From Dehalococcoidia bacterium (lineage in GTDB: Bacteria > Chloroflexota > Dehalococcoidia > UBA2979): 63,846 bases of DNA. The notes beneath the pieces were generated by a model. It made no database searches. It worked only from the letters and a program-made list of their open reading frames with translations, and was not told the DNA's origin. The position numbers were made by a program, and so were the translations under genes. Positions 1-13,073 of the stretch are shown piece after piece; the stretch's first letter is position 1; each line of letters starts with the position of its first letter. The stretch is taken from positions 1 to 63,846 of the forward strand of contig JAUXUW010000129.1 in the NCBI GenBank assembly GCA_030684635.1, given 5' to 3'.

Positions 1-210
1 CGGGTAGATGCGGATCCACACCTTGCCGCCACGGCGCAGGCTGCCCGTGATCGCGCGACGTGCCGACTCGATCTGCCGCGAGTCGACCCAGCCGTGGGTC
101 TGCGCCTGCAGGCCCCACTCGCCGAAGACGACGTTTTCACCGCGCGAAGCGACCCCGCGGTTGTTGGCGCGGAACTGCTTGCGGTACTTGGTCCGGCGCG
201 GCATCAACAT
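1..210 (-). CDS. rplP: 50S ribosomal protein L16 (N-terminal part; gene runs off left window edge)
   Basis: Reverse translation from ATG at 208-210 gives [41 protein letters not shown]..., the conserved L16 N-terminus. It lies directly downstream of rpsC, as in S10 operons. Confidence 0.9.
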   Translation of the reverse strand, partial: MLMPRRTKYRKQFRANNRGVASRGENVVFGEWGLQAQTHGWVDSRQIESARRAITGSLRRGGKVWIRIYP

Positions 211-214
211 CGCG

Positions 215-886
215 CTACTCGCTTCCCTCAAGGACGGACGCGGTGAGCGGGTTGGTCTCCGGTGTCACGTCGCCCTTGTAGATCCAGCACTTGACGCCAA
301 TGACGCCAAACGTGGTGTTCGCCTCCGCCAGGCCGTAGTCAATGTCCGCGCGCAGGGTGTGCAGCGGCACGCGGCCCTGCATCTCCTGCTCCACGCGCGA
401 CATCTCGGAACCGCCCAGGCGGCCGCCGATCTTCACGCGGCACCCGAGGGCGCCCCGGCCCATCGTCCGCTGCACGGCCTGCTTCATCGCCCGGCGGAAC
501 GCCACTCGGCGCTCCAGCTGGTCGGCGACGGAACGGGCCACCAGGTAGGCGTCCAGCTCCGGCACGCGGATCTCTTCGATGTTCAGACGGACCCGCTTGT
601 CGGTCGCGTTCTGGAGCAACTGACGGAGCATTTCCGCGTTCTGCCCACCGCGCCCGATGACGATGCCCGGCTTCGCCGTGTTCAGCGTCAGCGTCAGCTG
701 GTTCGCGTTCCGCTCGATGGTCACGCGCGACACGCCGGCTTCCGGCAGCGTGCGCATGATCAACTTGCGCAGCCGGAAGTCTTCCAGCGCCAGTTCGGCG
801 TACTGGTCGTGCCGGGCGTACCAGCGGGACTGCCAGTCCTTCGTCACCCCGACGCGGAACCCGTACGGGTGGATTTTCCGGCCCAT
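215..886 (-). CDS. rpsC: 30S ribosomal protein S3
   Basis: 223-aa ORF starting [24 protein letters not shown] with KH-domain motifs. Position in the S10 operon fits. Confidence 0.97.
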   Translation of the reverse strand: MGRKIHPYGFRVGVTKDWQSRWYARHDQYAELALEDFRLRKLIMRTLPEAGVSRVTIERNANQLTLTLNTAKPGIVIGRGGQNAEMLRQLLQNATDKRVRLNIEEIRVPELDAYLVARSVADQLERRVAFRRAMKQAVQRTMGRGALGCRVKIGGRLGGSEMSRVEQEMQGRVPLHTLRADIDYGLAEANTTFGVIGVKCWIYKGDVTPETNPLTASVLEGSE

Positions 887-1224
887 TAGAACTCCTCGCC
901 CTCTACGACCACTTCAATGTGGGCGTAGCGGTTTCGCACCGGCGCCACGCGACCGCGCGAGCGCGCTCGCCAGCGCTTCAGCGTGCGGCCGTCCCCGGCC
1001 ACCGCGTTCTTCACGCGCAGGCCGTCCGGGTTCAGGTCGAAGTTGTTCTCCGCGTTGGCCGCGGCGGACTTCAGGACCTTCCACACCACACGGGCAGACG
1101 ACTGGGGCATGAACTCCAGCAGCGTCAGCGCCTCATCGACCTTGCGGCCCTTGATCACGTCCAGGACCAGGCGGACCTTCTGAGGCGAAACCGGCTGGTT
1201 CATCGCGAGCGCGCGTACTTCCAT
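886..1224 (-). CDS. rplV: 50S ribosomal protein L22
   Basis: Internal ATG of the 241-aa ORF gives a 112-aa protein, [33 protein letters not shown]... The start overlaps the rpsS stop by 1 nt. The longer upstream extension overlaps rpsS and is rejected. Confidence 0.93.
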   Translation of the reverse strand: MEVRALAMNQPVSPQKVRLVLDVIKGRKVDEALTLLEFMPQSSARVVWKVLKSAAANAENNFDLNPDGLRVKNAVAGDGRTLKRWRARSRGRVAPVRNRYAHIEVVVEGEEF

Positions 1225-1508
1225 TACCGCTTCCTCGAGGTCGTCTCGGACTTGCCGCGGTGTCCGCGGAAGGTCCGCGTGAACGCAAACTCGCCCAGTT
1301 TGTGGCCGACCATGTTCTCCGTGCAGAGCACCGGCACGTGCCGGCGGCCGTCGTGCACGGCGATGGTCATGCCGACCATCTCCGGCAGGATCGTGCTGGC
1401 GCGCGACCAGGTGCGCAGGATTTCGCGCCGCTCCATGGACTGGTTCGCCAGCACCTTCGCCCAGAGCGAGGGGTGGACGAACGGGCCCTTCTTCGTCGAT
1501 CGAGACAT
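1224..1508 (-). CDS. rpsS: 30S ribosomal protein S19
   Basis: 94 aa, [19 protein letters not shown]...HDGRRHVPV...MVGHKLGEF. Confidence 0.97.
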   Translation of the reverse strand: MSRSTKKGPFVHPSLWAKVLANQSMERREILRTWSRASTILPEMVGMTIAVHDGRRHVPVLCTENMVGHKLGEFAFTRTFRGHRGKSETTSRKR

Positions 1509-1520
1509 ACCCGCGCTCCC

Positions 1521-2354
1521 TTACCGACGACCGGCGCCGCGGCGGCGGATGATGTACTTGTCGGTCCGCTTGTTGTTCCGGGTGCGGTAACCCAGGGCCG
1601 GCTTGCCCCACGGAGTCTTCGGGCCCGGCATACCAACGGACGCCTTGCCCTCACCACCGCCGTGCGGGTGGTCAACGGGGTTCATGACGGAACCACGCAC
1701 CTGCGGACGCCGGCCGCGGTGCCGGTTGCGGCCCGCCTTGCCCAGCTTCAACTGGCCATGCTCCACGTTCCCGACCACACCGATGGTCGCCCGGCAGCCT
1801 TCCGGCACCTGGCGCATCTCACCGGACGGCATGCGCAGCAGTGCAAAACCGTTGTCCTTCGCCATCAGCTGGATGCCCGTCCCCGCGGATCGGGCCAGCT
1901 GGCCACCACGGCCCGGCGTCATCTCCACGTTGTGCACGGACGTGCCCGTGGGGATGGCCGACAGCGGAAGCGTGTTGCCCGGTGCGATCGGCGCGTCCGG
2001 CGCGCTCAGGATCGCCGTGCCCACCTTCACGCCGTCCGGCGCCAGGATGTAACGCTTCTCGCCGTCCGCGTAGAAGACCAGCGCGATGCGGGCGGACCGC
2101 CCGGGGTCGTACTCGATCGCGCGGACGGTGCCCGGCACGCCGAGCTTGTCGCGCTTGAAGTCGATCACGCGGATACGGCGCTTCGCCCCACCGCCGCGGT
2201 GGCGGATAGAGATCTTGCCCAGCCCACGGCCGGACACGCGCTTCTTCGTCACCAGAAGGGACTTCTCAGGTTCCTTCTTGGTGATCTCGTCAAACGTGAA
2301 TCCGCTGGCACCACGACGACCGGGCGAGGTGGGGCGGAACTTCCGAATCGGCAT
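1521..2354 (-). CDS. rplB: 50S ribosomal protein L2
   Basis: ATG at 2352-2354 gives [19 protein letters not shown]...HPHGGGEGK (277 aa). The 37-aa upstream extension of the ORF track overlaps rplW. Confidence 0.95.
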   Translation of the reverse strand: MPIRKFRPTSPGRRGASGFTFDEITKKEPEKSLLVTKKRVSGRGLGKISIRHRGGGAKRRIRVIDFKRDKLGVPGTVRAIEYDPGRSARIALVFYADGEKRYILAPDGVKVGTAILSAPDAPIAPGNTLPLSAIPTGTSVHNVEMTPGRGGQLARSAGTGIQLMAKDNGFALLRMPSGEMRQVPEGCRATIGVVGNVEHGQLKLGKAGRNRHRGRRPQVRGSVMNPVDHPHGGGEGKASVGMPGPKTPWGKPALGYRTRNNKRTDKYIIRRRGAGRR

Positions 2355-2364
2355 CGCTAACCCC

Positions 2365-2667
2365 CTACACGCCCTCGAAGAATTCGATGGTGTCACCCTC
2401 CTTGAGGGTGACAATCGCCTTCTTCCACGTGGGCACCGGACCAACAGCACGGCCGCTGCGGCCACGGCGGCGGCGGCCGCGCATCATCGTCGTGTTCACG
2501 GCCTCAACCGTGACATTGAACGCGCGCTGCACCGCATCCTTGATCTGCGGCTTGTTGGACGCCTCGGCTACCTCGAACACGTACTTCCGCTGGGCGGACA
2601 GCATCGTGCTCTTCTCGGTCACCACCGGGCGACGCAGGACTTCATACGCGTGGATCTGCTTCGGCAT
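2365..2667 (-). CDS. rplW: 50S ribosomal protein L23
   Basis: 100 aa, ...[16 protein letters not shown]...KYVFEV. Operon position fits. Confidence 0.93.
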   Translation of the reverse strand: MPKQIHAYEVLRRPVVTEKSTMLSAQRKYVFEVAEASNKPQIKDAVQRAFNVTVEAVNTTMMRGRRRRGRSGRAVGPVPTWKKAIVTLKEGDTIEFFEGV

Positions 2668-2670
2668 CGG

Positions 2671-3342
2671 TTAGGCCTCCACCAGCGTCGAGGCCGGGCG
2701 CGGGCGACCGTTGGACCGCTCGCCACCCCACAGCGCCTCAATCCGGCGCACGGCGTCCACCGTGAGCACCAGCGTGCGGTGCGACAGCATGTCCGCCACG
2801 TTCAACGTGTCCGCCGGCAGCGCGCTAGCACCATCGATGTTGCGGGCGGACTTAAAGACCACCCGGTTCGGCGTGCCCGTCACGATCAGCGCGGAATGAC
2901 CGGCGTTGGTCGCGGACAGCAGCGCCACCATGCCCTTCGTCGAGGGCTGCTCGAGCGCCAGGCCGTCCACGATGCGCAGGCGGCCATCCGCTGCGCGGTC
3001 GGAGAGGACGGAGCGGATCGCCAGGCGGCGCATGCGCTTCGGCAGCTTCTGCGTGTAGTCGCGCGTCTTCGGGCCGAAGACGACACCACCACCACGGCGG
3101 TGAGGCGCGCGGTGGGTGCCCTGCCGGGACATGCCCAGACCCTTCTGGCGGCGGACCTTCTTGCTGGAGCCGTCCACCTCACCGCGCGTCTTCGTGTTCG
3201 CGGTGCCGATGCGGCGGGCCGCGAGCTGCGCGAGCAGGGTCTGGTGAACCACGGCGGCGTTCGGCTCAATGCCGAAGACCGCGTCGTCCACCTCGATCTC
3301 CTGGGTGGGCTGGCCGGACAGGTCGAGTACCTGGAGCTTCAT
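2671..3342 (-). CDS. rplD: 50S ribosomal protein L4
   Basis: 223 aa with RQKGLGMSRQGTHRAPHRRGGGVVFGPK motif. Operon position fits. Confidence 0.93.
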   Translation of the reverse strand: MKLQVLDLSGQPTQEIEVDDAVFGIEPNAAVVHQTLLAQLAARRIGTANTKTRGEVDGSSKKVRRQKGLGMSRQGTHRAPHRRGGGVVFGPKTRDYTQKLPKRMRRLAIRSVLSDRAADGRLRIVDGLALEQPSTKGMVALLSATNAGHSALIVTGTPNRVVFKSARNIDGASALPADTLNVADMLSHRTLVLTVDAVRRIEALWGGERSNGRPRPASTLVEA

Positions 3343-3344
3343 CG

Positions 3345-4157
3345 CTAGGCCTCGCTCTGCGCGTCGGACGTGGCCTCAGTGGCCTCCGGCGACTCGTTCG
3401 TGTCGGTGGCTTCCGCCTCGGCCTCAGCCTCAGCGGCCTCTTCGGCAGCCTCGGCCGCGGCCAGTTCAGCCTCCACCGCCGCCGCCGGGATGACCGGCGG
3501 GGAGTAGGACTTCAGCGCCGGGCGACGAGCGCCCTGCACCGTAACCGTGCCCGTGCGGGCGCCGGGGACGGAGCCCTCCACGAAGACCAGGTTGCGGGAC
3601 GGGTCCACGGCCACCACCAGCAGGTTCAGGACCGTGCTGGTCACGGCGCCCATGTGTCCGGCCATGCGCAGACCCTTGAACACACGGCCCGGCGTGGTGC
3701 CGGAGCCAATGGAACCCGGGGCGCGGTGCCGGTCAGACTGACCGTGCGTCTTGGGGCCACCCGCGAAGTGGTGGCGCTTCACGCCACCCGCGAAGCCCTT
3801 GCCCTTGGAGGTAGCGGTCACGTCCACGAACGTGCCAGCCTCGAAGCGGTCGCAGCGCAGTTCCTGGCCCACGGAGAACGCGGACAGGTCATCCACGCGG
3901 AACTCCTGCAGCTTGGTCAGCGCGGCCGGACGCATGTCCAGCCCCGCCTTCCGCAGGTGTCCGCGCTGAGGGCGGTTGATGCGCTTACGGCGGCCAGGGA
4001 AGCCCATCTGCACGGCGGTGTAACCGTCGCGCTCGGGCGTCCGCAGCTGCGTCACAAAGTTCGGGCCCAGTTCGATCACGGTGACACCGCGCGAACGGCC
4101 GGAGCCGTCGTACAGGCGCATCATGCCGACCTTGCGGCCGATCATCCCGGTCGTCAT
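3345..4157 (-). CDS. rplC: 50S ribosomal protein L3 with an acidic Ala/Glu-rich C-terminal tail
   Basis: ATG at 4155-4157 gives [17 protein letters not shown]...[30 protein letters not shown]. It ends with a tail of about 50 aa, [46 protein letters not shown]. Confidence 0.92.
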   Translation of the reverse strand: MTTGMIGRKVGMMRLYDGSGRSRGVTVIELGPNFVTQLRTPERDGYTAVQMGFPGRRKRINRPQRGHLRKAGLDMRPAALTKLQEFRVDDLSAFSVGQELRCDRFEAGTFVDVTATSKGKGFAGGVKRHHFAGGPKTHGQSDRHRAPGSIGSGTTPGRVFKGLRMAGHMGAVTSTVLNLLVVAVDPSRNLVFVEGSVPGARTGTVTVQGARRPALKSYSPPVIPAAAVEAELAAAEAAEEAAEAEAEAEATDTNESPEATEATSDAQSEA

Positions 4158-4167
4158 ACCGACGTCC

Positions 4168-4476
4168 TTACAGCTTGATCTCGATGTCCACACCGGACGG
4201 CAATTGCAGCCGCATCAGCGTGTCCACCGTGCGCGACGTCGGCTCGAGGATGTCGATCAGACGCTTGTGCGTCCGCGTCTCGAACTGGTCACGAGAGTCT
4301 TTGTCAATGAACGGCGAGCGCATCACCGTGAACCGGCGGATACGCGTCGGCAGCGGAACGGGCCCAGCGACCACCGCACCGGTGCGCTGTGCCGACTCGA
4401 CGATCTGCTTCGCCGAGGCGTCCAGCACGCGGTGGTCGAATGCCTTCAACTTGATCCGGATGCGTTGCTGAGCCAT
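4168..4476 (-). CDS. rpsJ: 30S ribosomal protein S10
   Basis: 102 aa, [27 protein letters not shown]... Confidence 0.97.
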   Translation of the reverse strand: MAQQRIRIKLKAFDHRVLDASAKQIVESAQRTGAVVAGPVPLPTRIRRFTVMRSPFIDKDSRDQFETRTHKRLIDILEPTSRTVDTLMRLQLPSGVDIEIKL

Positions 4477-4520
4477 CTGCAGTTCCTACCTGAACACGCT
4501 CGCCGAGGCGGGACGGGTCG

Positions 4521-5720
4521 TTACTCGACGATCTTGGTGACGACGCCCGCGCCCACCGTCCGGCCACCCTCTCGGATGGCGAACCGCAGGCCCTCTTCGA
4601 TGGCGATCGGGTAGATCAACTCGATGTCCATCTCGATGTTGTCCCCGGGCATCACCATCTCCACACCCTCGGGCAGGTGGATGTCACCCGTGACGTCCGT
4701 CGTCCGGACGTAGAACTGAGGGCGGTACCCGTTGAAGAACGGGGTGTGACGCCCGCCCTCTTCCTTGCTCAGGACGTAGACCTCGCCCTTGAACTTCTTG
4801 TGAGGCGTGATCGACTTCGGCGCTGCCAGCACCTGGCCGCGCTCGATGTCCGTCCGCTCGATGCCGCGGATCAGGCACCCGACGTTGTCGCCGGCCTGGC
4901 CCTCCGTCAGCGTCTTGTTGAACATCTCGACGCCCGTGACGGTCGTGGAGATCGTCGGCTTCACGCCGATGATCTCGATCGTCTCGCCCACCTTCACCTT
5001 GCCGCGCTCGATGCGCCCGGTGACCACGGTGCCGCGCCCCTTGATGCCGAATACGTCTTCCACGGCCATCAGGAACGGCTGGTCCACGGCCCGAGACGGC
5101 TGCTCGATCCACGCGTCCACCGCGGCCATCAGCTCCGTGATGCACTGGTACTCGGGCGCGTTCGCGTCCGTCGAGCTCGACTCCAGCACCTTCAGCGCGG
5201 AGCCACGCACGATCGGCGTGTTGTCGCCGTCGAACCCGTTGGCCGTCAACAGTTCCCGCATCTCGAGTTCCACCAGCTCCAGGAGCTCGGCGTCCTCCAT
5301 CATGTCCACCTTGTTCAGGAAGACGACGATGCGCGGCACTTCCACCTGGCGCGCCAGCAGCAGGTGCTCGCGCGTCTGCGGCATCGGCCCGTCCGGCGCG
5401 GCGACCACCAGGATCGCGCCGTCCATCTGGGCGGCGCCGGTGATCATGTTCTTGATGTAGTCCGCGTGGCCCGGGCAGTCCACGTGCGCGTAGTGACGGT
5501 TCTCCGTCTGGTACTCGATGTGAGAGATCGCGATCGTGATCCCACGAGCACGCTCCTCGGGAGCGTTGTCGATCTCGTCAAACTTCGAGTAGTCCGCAAA
5601 CCCCTTCAGGGCCAGGACCTTCGTGATCGCCGCCGTCAGCGACGTCTTCCCGTGGTCCACGTGGCCGATCGTCCCCACGTTCAGGTGAGGCTTCGTCCGC
5701 TCGAATACACCCTTGGCCAT
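4521..5720 (-). CDS. tuf: Elongation factor Tu
   Basis: 399 aa with [13 protein letters not shown] and NKVD GTPase motifs, and a full-length EF-Tu pattern. Confidence 0.98.
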   Translation of the reverse strand: MAKGVFERTKPHLNVGTIGHVDHGKTSLTAAITKVLALKGFADYSKFDEIDNAPEERARGITIAISHIEYQTENRHYAHVDCPGHADYIKNMITGAAQMDGAILVVAAPDGPMPQTREHLLLARQVEVPRIVVFLNKVDMMEDAELLELVELEMRELLTANGFDGDNTPIVRGSALKVLESSSTDANAPEYQCITELMAAVDAWIEQPSRAVDQPFLMAVEDVFGIKGRGTVVTGRIERGKVKVGETIEIIGVKPTISTTVTGVEMFNKTLTEGQAGDNVGCLIRGIERTDIERGQVLAAPKSITPHKKFKGEVYVLSKEEGGRHTPFFNGYRPQFYVRTTDVTGDIHLPEGVEMVMPGDNIEMDIELIYPIAIEEGLRFAIREGGRTVGAGVVTKIVE

Positions 5721-5750
5721 CGGTGTTCCCTCTGTCCTCCGCGGTGGCGG

Positions 5751-7829
<2,079 letters not shown>

Positions 7830-7903
7830 AGAACGAAACTCCCTCGCGCCGGTGATTCAGGCGCCCCCGCGAACGGGGGCGTCCATCCATCACGCTGCGC
7901 GGA

Positions 7904-8371
7904 TTACCAGCGGTAGTGAACGAATGCCCGGTTGGCCTCTGCCATCCGGTGCGTGTCTTCCTTGCGGCGCACGGCGCTGCCCTGGTTGTTGGCAGCGTCC
8001 AGCAGTTCCGCGGCCAACTTCTCCGTCATGGAACGGCCTGCCCGACGACGGGCCGAGTCCCGGATCCATCGCAGCGCCAGCGTCTGACGGCGCTCTGTGC
8101 GGATGTCGATCGGCACCTGGTAGGTGGCGCCACCGACGCGTCGCGGCTTCACCTCGATCACCGGGGTCGCGTTGCGCATCGCCTGCTCGAAGGTGTCGAT
8201 GCCGCGCCGGCCCGTCACTTCCTCGATGCGGTCGAACGCGCCGTACACCATGTGCTCGGCGGTGCTCTTCTTGCCGCTGTACATCAGCGTGTTGATCAAC
8301 TTCGTCACGATCCGAGACCCGTAACGCGGGTCAGGGATGGTGGGGCGAATCGGGGCGCGGTTACGGCGCAT
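7904..8371 (-). CDS. rpsG: 30S ribosomal protein S7
   Basis: 155 aa, ...[16 protein letters not shown]...HYRW. Confidence 0.97.
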   Translation of the reverse strand: MRRNRAPIRPTIPDPRYGSRIVTKLINTLMYSGKKSTAEHMVYGAFDRIEEVTGRRGIDTFEQAMRNATPVIEVKPRRVGGATYQVPIDIRTERRQTLALRWIRDSARRRAGRSMTEKLAAELLDAANNQGSAVRRKEDTHRMAEANRAFVHYRW

Positions 8372-8389
8372 CTGGTATCCCTCGGCCGA

Positions 8390-8803
8390 CTAGCTCTTGC
8401 GCGTGCCGTACTTGGAGCGGCCCCGCTTGCGGTTCTTCACGCCCTGCGCGTCAAGCGCGCCACGGACGATGTGGTAACGGACACCCGGCAGGTCCTTCAC
8501 GCGGCCCCCACGGATGAGGACGACGGAGTGCTCCTGCAGGTTGTGACCCTCGCCCGGGATGTAGGCCGTGACCTCAATCCCGTTCGACAGCCGGACACGC
8601 GCCACCTTGCGGAGGGCGGAGTTCGGCTTCTTCGGCGTCACCGTGCGGACCTGCGTGCAGACGCCGCGCTTCTGCGGCGAACCCTTCTGCTCGCGGGTCA
8701 TGCGGTTCCGGAGCGTGTTCATCCGGAAGCGCAGCGCCGGCGCCTTGGTCTTCTTACGGACGGGGGTCCGCGGAGCGCGGACCAGCTGGTTGATCGTCGG
8801 CAC
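8390..8803 (-). CDS. rpsL: 30S ribosomal protein S12
   Basis: 137 aa, MPTINQLVR...[17 protein letters not shown]... Confidence 0.97.
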   Translation of the reverse strand: MPTINQLVRAPRTPVRKKTKAPALRFRMNTLRNRMTREQKGSPQKRGVCTQVRTVTPKKPNSALRKVARVRLSNGIEVTAYIPGEGHNLQEHSVVLIRGGRVKDLPGVRYHIVRGALDAQGVKNRKRGRSKYGTRKS

Positions 8804-9164
8804 GCCGACTCCCTACTTACCCTCGGCCCAGTGGGCGTCCGAGGCAGAAAAACGGGCAACAACAACGGTCGGATGGCGTGGCGGTGAGCCGGTCATGGCC
8901 GAGCGGCAACGCCGCGGAAGGCCATCGGTTCTCACCGCGAACCGGCCACACGACCGCTTTCGCGTAAGATGCGTGCACCTGTAACAGGCGCGACCTATGA
9001 GTCTGGGGCACCGACGCGCCTATGTCAATCGTCGTGCCAGGGCACGGACGACCACGAAGGCCCGCGTCATGGGCATCCCCGCCGCAACGAGGGGACACCG
9101 CCCCACCATAGGCGGAACGCTCCCCGGAGTGTAGGCCCCACCCCCCTTGAGGGCGAGCCGCACC

Positions 9165-9920
9165 TTACCGGCGGAAGATGACCTTCGCGAACGACTCCCG
9201 GTACAGCGGCCCGGCCTGGCCAGCGGCCTGTGCCTGGCGTGCACGGTCCTCGTACATCAGCCGCATCTCTCGCTCAGAACGGCCGCGCATTTGCGAGGTA
9301 TGCGCCAGCACGGAGCGGATTTTCGTCCGCAGGTGCCGCTGGATGTCCACATCGTAGTCAGGCGTCCCGGCACCGGTCAGCAGCATTGCCGCCGGACGAT
9401 GTGGCTCCAGCCCCTCCTCCTTGTCCAGTGGGAAATAGAGGTGGTCGTCCGAGGACGGGTACAGGGCGTCATGCACCGCCGCACCCGTGTAACGGTGGTC
9501 GCGGTGGTTGAAGCCGGGCCGGAATCCATCCCAGGTGATCATCAACTCCGGCCGGTGGAGGCGAACCTGCCGGGTGACCAGCGCCCGCAGTTCGTCGTCG
9601 TTGGAGATGCCGCCGTCCGGGAAGCCAAAGAAGACCGGCTCGCGCGCGCCCAAGATGGCCGCGGCGTTCCGCGCCTCCTCCTCCCGCTCGCCGGCGAGTT
9701 GCTGGGGCGTGACCTCCGGGTCCTTTGTCCCCTTGTTCCCGCTGGTCGTCACCACAATGTGGATGTCCCAGCCCTCCGCGCACAGCTTCGCGACGGTGCC
9801 GCCGCAGGTGAACTCCAGGTCGTCAGGATGGGCAAACACGCAGAGTGCGCGCTTCGCGAACTTCGTCGCGACCTCCGTGATGAGGTCCGCCTCGGGATCG
9901 ATGGTGGGGGTCGTCGTCAT
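9165..9920 (-). CDS. PIG-L/LmbE-family N-acetylglucosaminyl deacetylase (MshB/BshB-like)
   Basis: ATG at 9918-9920 gives MTTTPTIDPE...ALCVFAHPDDLEFTCGGT...HRDH, the AHPDD and HxDH zinc motifs of LmbE proteins. The upstream part of the 342-aa ORF overlaps the next gene and is rejected. Confidence 0.8.
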   Translation of the reverse strand: MTTTPTIDPEADLITEVATKFAKRALCVFAHPDDLEFTCGGTVAKLCAEGWDIHIVVTTSGNKGTKDPEVTPQQLAGEREEEARNAAAILGAREPVFFGFPDGGISNDDELRALVTRQVRLHRPELMITWDGFRPGFNHRDHRYTGAAVHDALYPSSDDHLYFPLDKEEGLEPHRPAAMLLTGAGTPDYDVDIQRHLRTKIRSVLAHTSQMRGRSEREMRLMYEDRARQAQAAGQAGPLYRESFAKVIFRR

Positions 9921-9988
9921 GCCCGGGAGTCTACACCGGGAGCGGCTGGCGTCAGCCCCGCACCCGGACGGGCTCGGCCGGCCCGGAG

Positions 9989-11269
9989 TCAGGAGGCCGC
10001 GGCGGCCTGCGTGCCAGCGCCGGCACGTTCCGCGACCAGCTCCTCGTACAGCCGAGCGACCGCCCGGGCGACGGCCGACCAGGCATAGCCCTGCTCCATC
10101 CGCTGCCTGGCGCCCGCGCCGAGGGCGAGGCGGAGCTCCTCGTTGTGGAGCAGCGTCTCGATCTTCTCCGCGAACGGCGTCGGGCAGCGCCACGGGATCA
10201 AGTAGCCCGTCCGCCCGTCCACCACCGTGGAGGCCAGCCCGCCGACCCGGGAAGCCACCACCGGGACGCCGCTGGCCATCGCCTCCACGGCGACGAGGCC
10301 GAACGACTCGTAGAACGACGGCACCGCCACCACGTCCGCCGCCGTGTAGAAGTCGACGAGGACCTCGTGCGGCCGGGGGCCCAGGAAGCGGACGGCATCC
10401 GTGACCCCGACCTGCGCCGCCACAGCCTTGAGCCGGTCGACCTCGGGCGTGGCGCGCTCGTCGCCGCCGATGACGTACAGGACCACGTGCTCCCGGTCGC
10501 TCATCTCCGCGAGCGACCGGATCAGGATGTCCAGCCCCTTCAGCGGTTCAATCCGCCCGATCGCCAGCAGCACCCGCTCGTCCGCGGGGATGCCGAGGCG
10601 CGCGCGCGCCGCAGCCCGGTCGCCCGGGGCGAACTTCGCAAGGTCCACGCCCAGCGGGATCACGGCCACGCGCTGGGCCGGCACCCGGTAGATCTGCTGG
10701 AGGAGCCGTCGCTCGTGTTCGGTGGCGGCGACGATCCGGTCCAGGGTGTGGACCAGGCGCCGCTCCGTCTCCAGCCGGTCCGGGCGCTCGTGCTCGGAGG
10801 CGCGGGCGCGCAACTTCACATCGCCCAGGGTGTGGAACATCGCCGCGTGGGGGATGCCCCACTGCGCTGCGAGGCGCTCGCCGGCTGCGGCCGAGAGCCA
10901 GTAGTGCGAGTGGATGAGGTCGTACGTCACGCCCTCGGCGGCGCGGAACGCCTCCACGCCCTCCGCGAACGCCTCCGTCAGCGCCGCCATCTCCTCCTTT
11001 TCGACGCGGGCGGGGGGGCCCGCGACGACCTGGATGACGCGCGCGCCGGGAGTGAACTCCTCCACCTCCGGCAGGTCGGGGGAGGCGCGGCGGGTGAAGA
11101 TGTCGACCAGGATGCCCAGCGCGCCCAGTTCGCGCGCCACCTCGCGGACGTACACGTTCATCCCGCCCGTCTCGCGCCCACCGAGGGGCGCGAGGGGCGA
11201 GGTGTGCAGCGAGAGCATCGCCACACGCCTCACAACCGGGGCGGGTGAGGCTGGAACGCCGTCCGTCAT
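9989..11269 (-). CDS. GT4 glycosyltransferase, MshA-like
   Basis: 426 aa. The N-terminus RRVAMLSLHTSPLAPLGGRETGGMNVYVREVARELG closely resembles the MshA signature. The C-terminal EsFGLVavEAMASGvPVV is the GT-B retaining motif. Confidence 0.85.
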   Translation of the reverse strand: MTDGVPASPAPVVRRVAMLSLHTSPLAPLGGRETGGMNVYVREVARELGALGILVDIFTRRASPDLPEVEEFTPGARVIQVVAGPPARVEKEEMAALTEAFAEGVEAFRAAEGVTYDLIHSHYWLSAAAGERLAAQWGIPHAAMFHTLGDVKLRARASEHERPDRLETERRLVHTLDRIVAATEHERRLLQQIYRVPAQRVAVIPLGVDLAKFAPGDRAAARARLGIPADERVLLAIGRIEPLKGLDILIRSLAEMSDREHVVLYVIGGDERATPEVDRLKAVAAQVGVTDAVRFLGPRPHEVLVDFYTAADVVAVPSFYESFGLVAVEAMASGVPVVASRVGGLASTVVDGRTGYLIPWRCPTPFAEKIETLLHNEELRLALGAGARQRMEQGYAWSAVARAVARLYEELVAERAGAGTQAAAAS

Positions 11270-11297
11270 GGCAGCCGTCCTTCGGGGCGAGCGGACA

Positions 11298-11885
11298 CTA
11301 GTGCCCGATCAGCCGCAGGAATTCCTGGCGGGTGTTCTGGTCGGAGCGGAAGCGACCGCGCATCGCAGACGTCACCATGCTCGAACCCGGCTTGCGGACG
11401 CCTCGGGCGGTCATGCACAGGTGCTCGGCCTCGATCACGACACCGACGCCCTTCGCGCCCACCACCTCTTCGATCACGTCCGCGATCTGCCCGGTCAGCC
11501 GCTCCTGGACCTGCGGGCGGCGGGCGAAGATCTCCACGGCCCGCGCCAGCTTGGAGAGCCCCACGATCTTCCCGTCCGGCAGGTAGCCCACGGCCGCCTG
11601 GCCGTGGAACGGCAGGAAGTGGTGCTCGCACATCGAGTAGAAGGGGATGTTCCGCAGGATGACCATCTCGTCGTGGTCCTCCGCGAACTGCACGGTCAGC
11701 GCCTCGCGCGGGTCCTGCCACAGTCCCTCGAACAGTTCGAGGTACATATCCGTGATCCGGCGCGGGGTGTCCTGGAGGCCATCGGAGTCGGGGTTGAGGC
11801 CAATCGCCCCGATCATCTCGTGGATGATGCGGAGCAGCCCTTCGCGGTCAGCGGGCGCGGAAAGTTGAACAGGTGCCATAGCCAT
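11298..11885 (-). CDS. folE: GTP cyclohydrolase I
   Basis: 195 aa with [22 protein letters not shown] and the RPQVQERLT motif. Confidence 0.93.
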   Translation of the reverse strand: MAMAPVQLSAPADREGLLRIIHEMIGAIGLNPDSDGLQDTPRRITDMYLELFEGLWQDPREALTVQFAEDHDEMVILRNIPFYSMCEHHFLPFHGQAAVGYLPDGKIVGLSKLARAVEIFARRPQVQERLTGQIADVIEEVVGAKGVGVVIEAEHLCMTARGVRKPGSSMVTSAMRGRFRSDQNTRQEFLRLIGH

Positions 11886-12011
11886 CCGGATCTCCAGATC
11901 GGAGGGACGCTCCGCCGCGGAGGACTCCCCGAATCGTGAGGGCGCTGTAGGAAATACCGCGCTCCGAGAATATCACTCGCCGTGCCGCTTACCGCCCAGC
12001 GAAGTGACGCG

Positions 12012-13073
12012 CTACGCCCAGCCCAGCACGCGCTCCACCGCCTCCGCTTCGGCGGGGGCAGAGTGGCGGGTCACCTCGATCGTCATCGCGGTGTCCGGGT
12101 CCTTCAGGCCGTGGCCGGTCAGCACGCACACCGCTACCTGGCCTGTCAGGTCCACGCCCGCGCGGTGCTGCTTCATGAGGCCGGCGAGCGAGGCGGCCGA
12201 GGCGGGCTCGCAGAAGATGCCCTCGTCTCGACCCAGCCGGCGGTATGCCTCCAGGATCTCGTCGTCCGAGACCGCCGAGATGTTCCCGCCGGAGGAGTCG
12301 CGCGCGTTGATCGCACCCTCCCAGGACGCCGGGTTGCCGATCCGGATCGCCGTGGCGATGGTCTCCGGGTGCTCCACCGGGTGGCCGAGGACCAGCGGCG
12401 CGGCGCCCTCCGCCTGGAAGCCCCACATGCGCGGTTTCCCGCTGGTGCGCTCCAGCCGGTGGTACTCCTCGAATCCCCCCCAGTAGGCGGTGATGTTGCC
12501 GGCGTTGCCGACCGGGATACAGAGCAGGTCGGGCGCGTCACCCAGGTCGTCCACGATCTCGAACGCCGCAGTCTTCTGCCCGGCGATCCGGTGCGGGTTC
12601 ACGGAGTTCACCAGGGCGACCGTGTGCCGCTCCGAGATCTCGCGCACGATCCGCAGTGCGTCATCGAAGGAGCCCTCGATCTGCACGATCTCAGCACCGT
12701 GCATCACGGCCTGCGCCAGCTTACCCATGGCGATCTTGCCGTCCGGCACCACCACGTACGCCTTCAGCCCATGCCGCACCGCGTACGCGGCGGCCGAGGC
12801 GGAGGTGTTGCCGGTGGAGGCGCAGATCACAGCGCGGGCGCCCTCTTCCGCCGCCTTCGCGACCGCCAGCACCATGCCGCGGTCCTTGAACGACCCGGTC
12901 GGGTTCATCGACTCCAGCTTGAAGTAGAGGCCCTTCAGCCCCAGTTCCCCCTCAAGGGCGCGCGAGCGGACGAGCGGCGTGCCGCCCTCTCCCAGCGTGA
13001 CCATCGGCGTCCGGTCCGTCACCGGCAGCAACGAGCGGTAGCGCTCCAGGATGAACCGATTCTCGGTGCTCAC
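12012..13073 (-). CDS. thrC: Threonine synthase (short, housekeeping type)
   Basis: 353 aa with the PLP lysine motif [13 protein letters not shown] start overlaps the upstream ORF stop (GTGA). In an operon with hom. Confidence 0.93.
   Translation of the reverse strand: MSTENRFILERYRSLLPVTDRTPMVTLGEGGTPLVRSRALEGELGLKGLYFKLESMNPTGSFKDRGMVLAVAKAAEEGARAVICASTGNTSASAAAYAVRHGLKAYVVVPDGKIAMGKLAQAVMHGAEIVQIEGSFDDALRIVREISERHTVALVNSVNPHRIAGQKTAAFEIVDDLGDAPDLLCIPVGNAGNITAYWGGFEEYHRLERTSGKPRMWGFQAEGAAPLVLGHPVEHPETIATAIRIGNPASWEGAINARDSSGGNISAVSDDEILEAYRRLGRDEGIFCEPASAASLAGLMKQHRAGVDLTGQVAVCVLTGHGLKDPDTAMTIEVTRHSAPAEAEAVERVLGWA

Noticed and set aside
8804-9164. 360-bp non-coding stretch upstream of rpsL. 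I examined it for a tRNA, a small RNA, a promoter or a small ORF.
   Set aside because: - I could find no cloverleaf-compatible sequence (no GTTCGAATC-type T-arm with a matching acceptor).
- A TTGACA at 9028-9023 (minus strand) has no convincing -10 at 16-19 nt.
- Several imperfect GC hairpins are present, but nothing I can call.
- It is probably just the rpsL leader or promoter region.
11886-12011. Possible THF or other riboswitch in the folE leader.
   Set aside because: I compared it by eye with the THF-I core I remember and found no convincing match. There is no clear P1 pairing. I leave it as a plain intergenic region.
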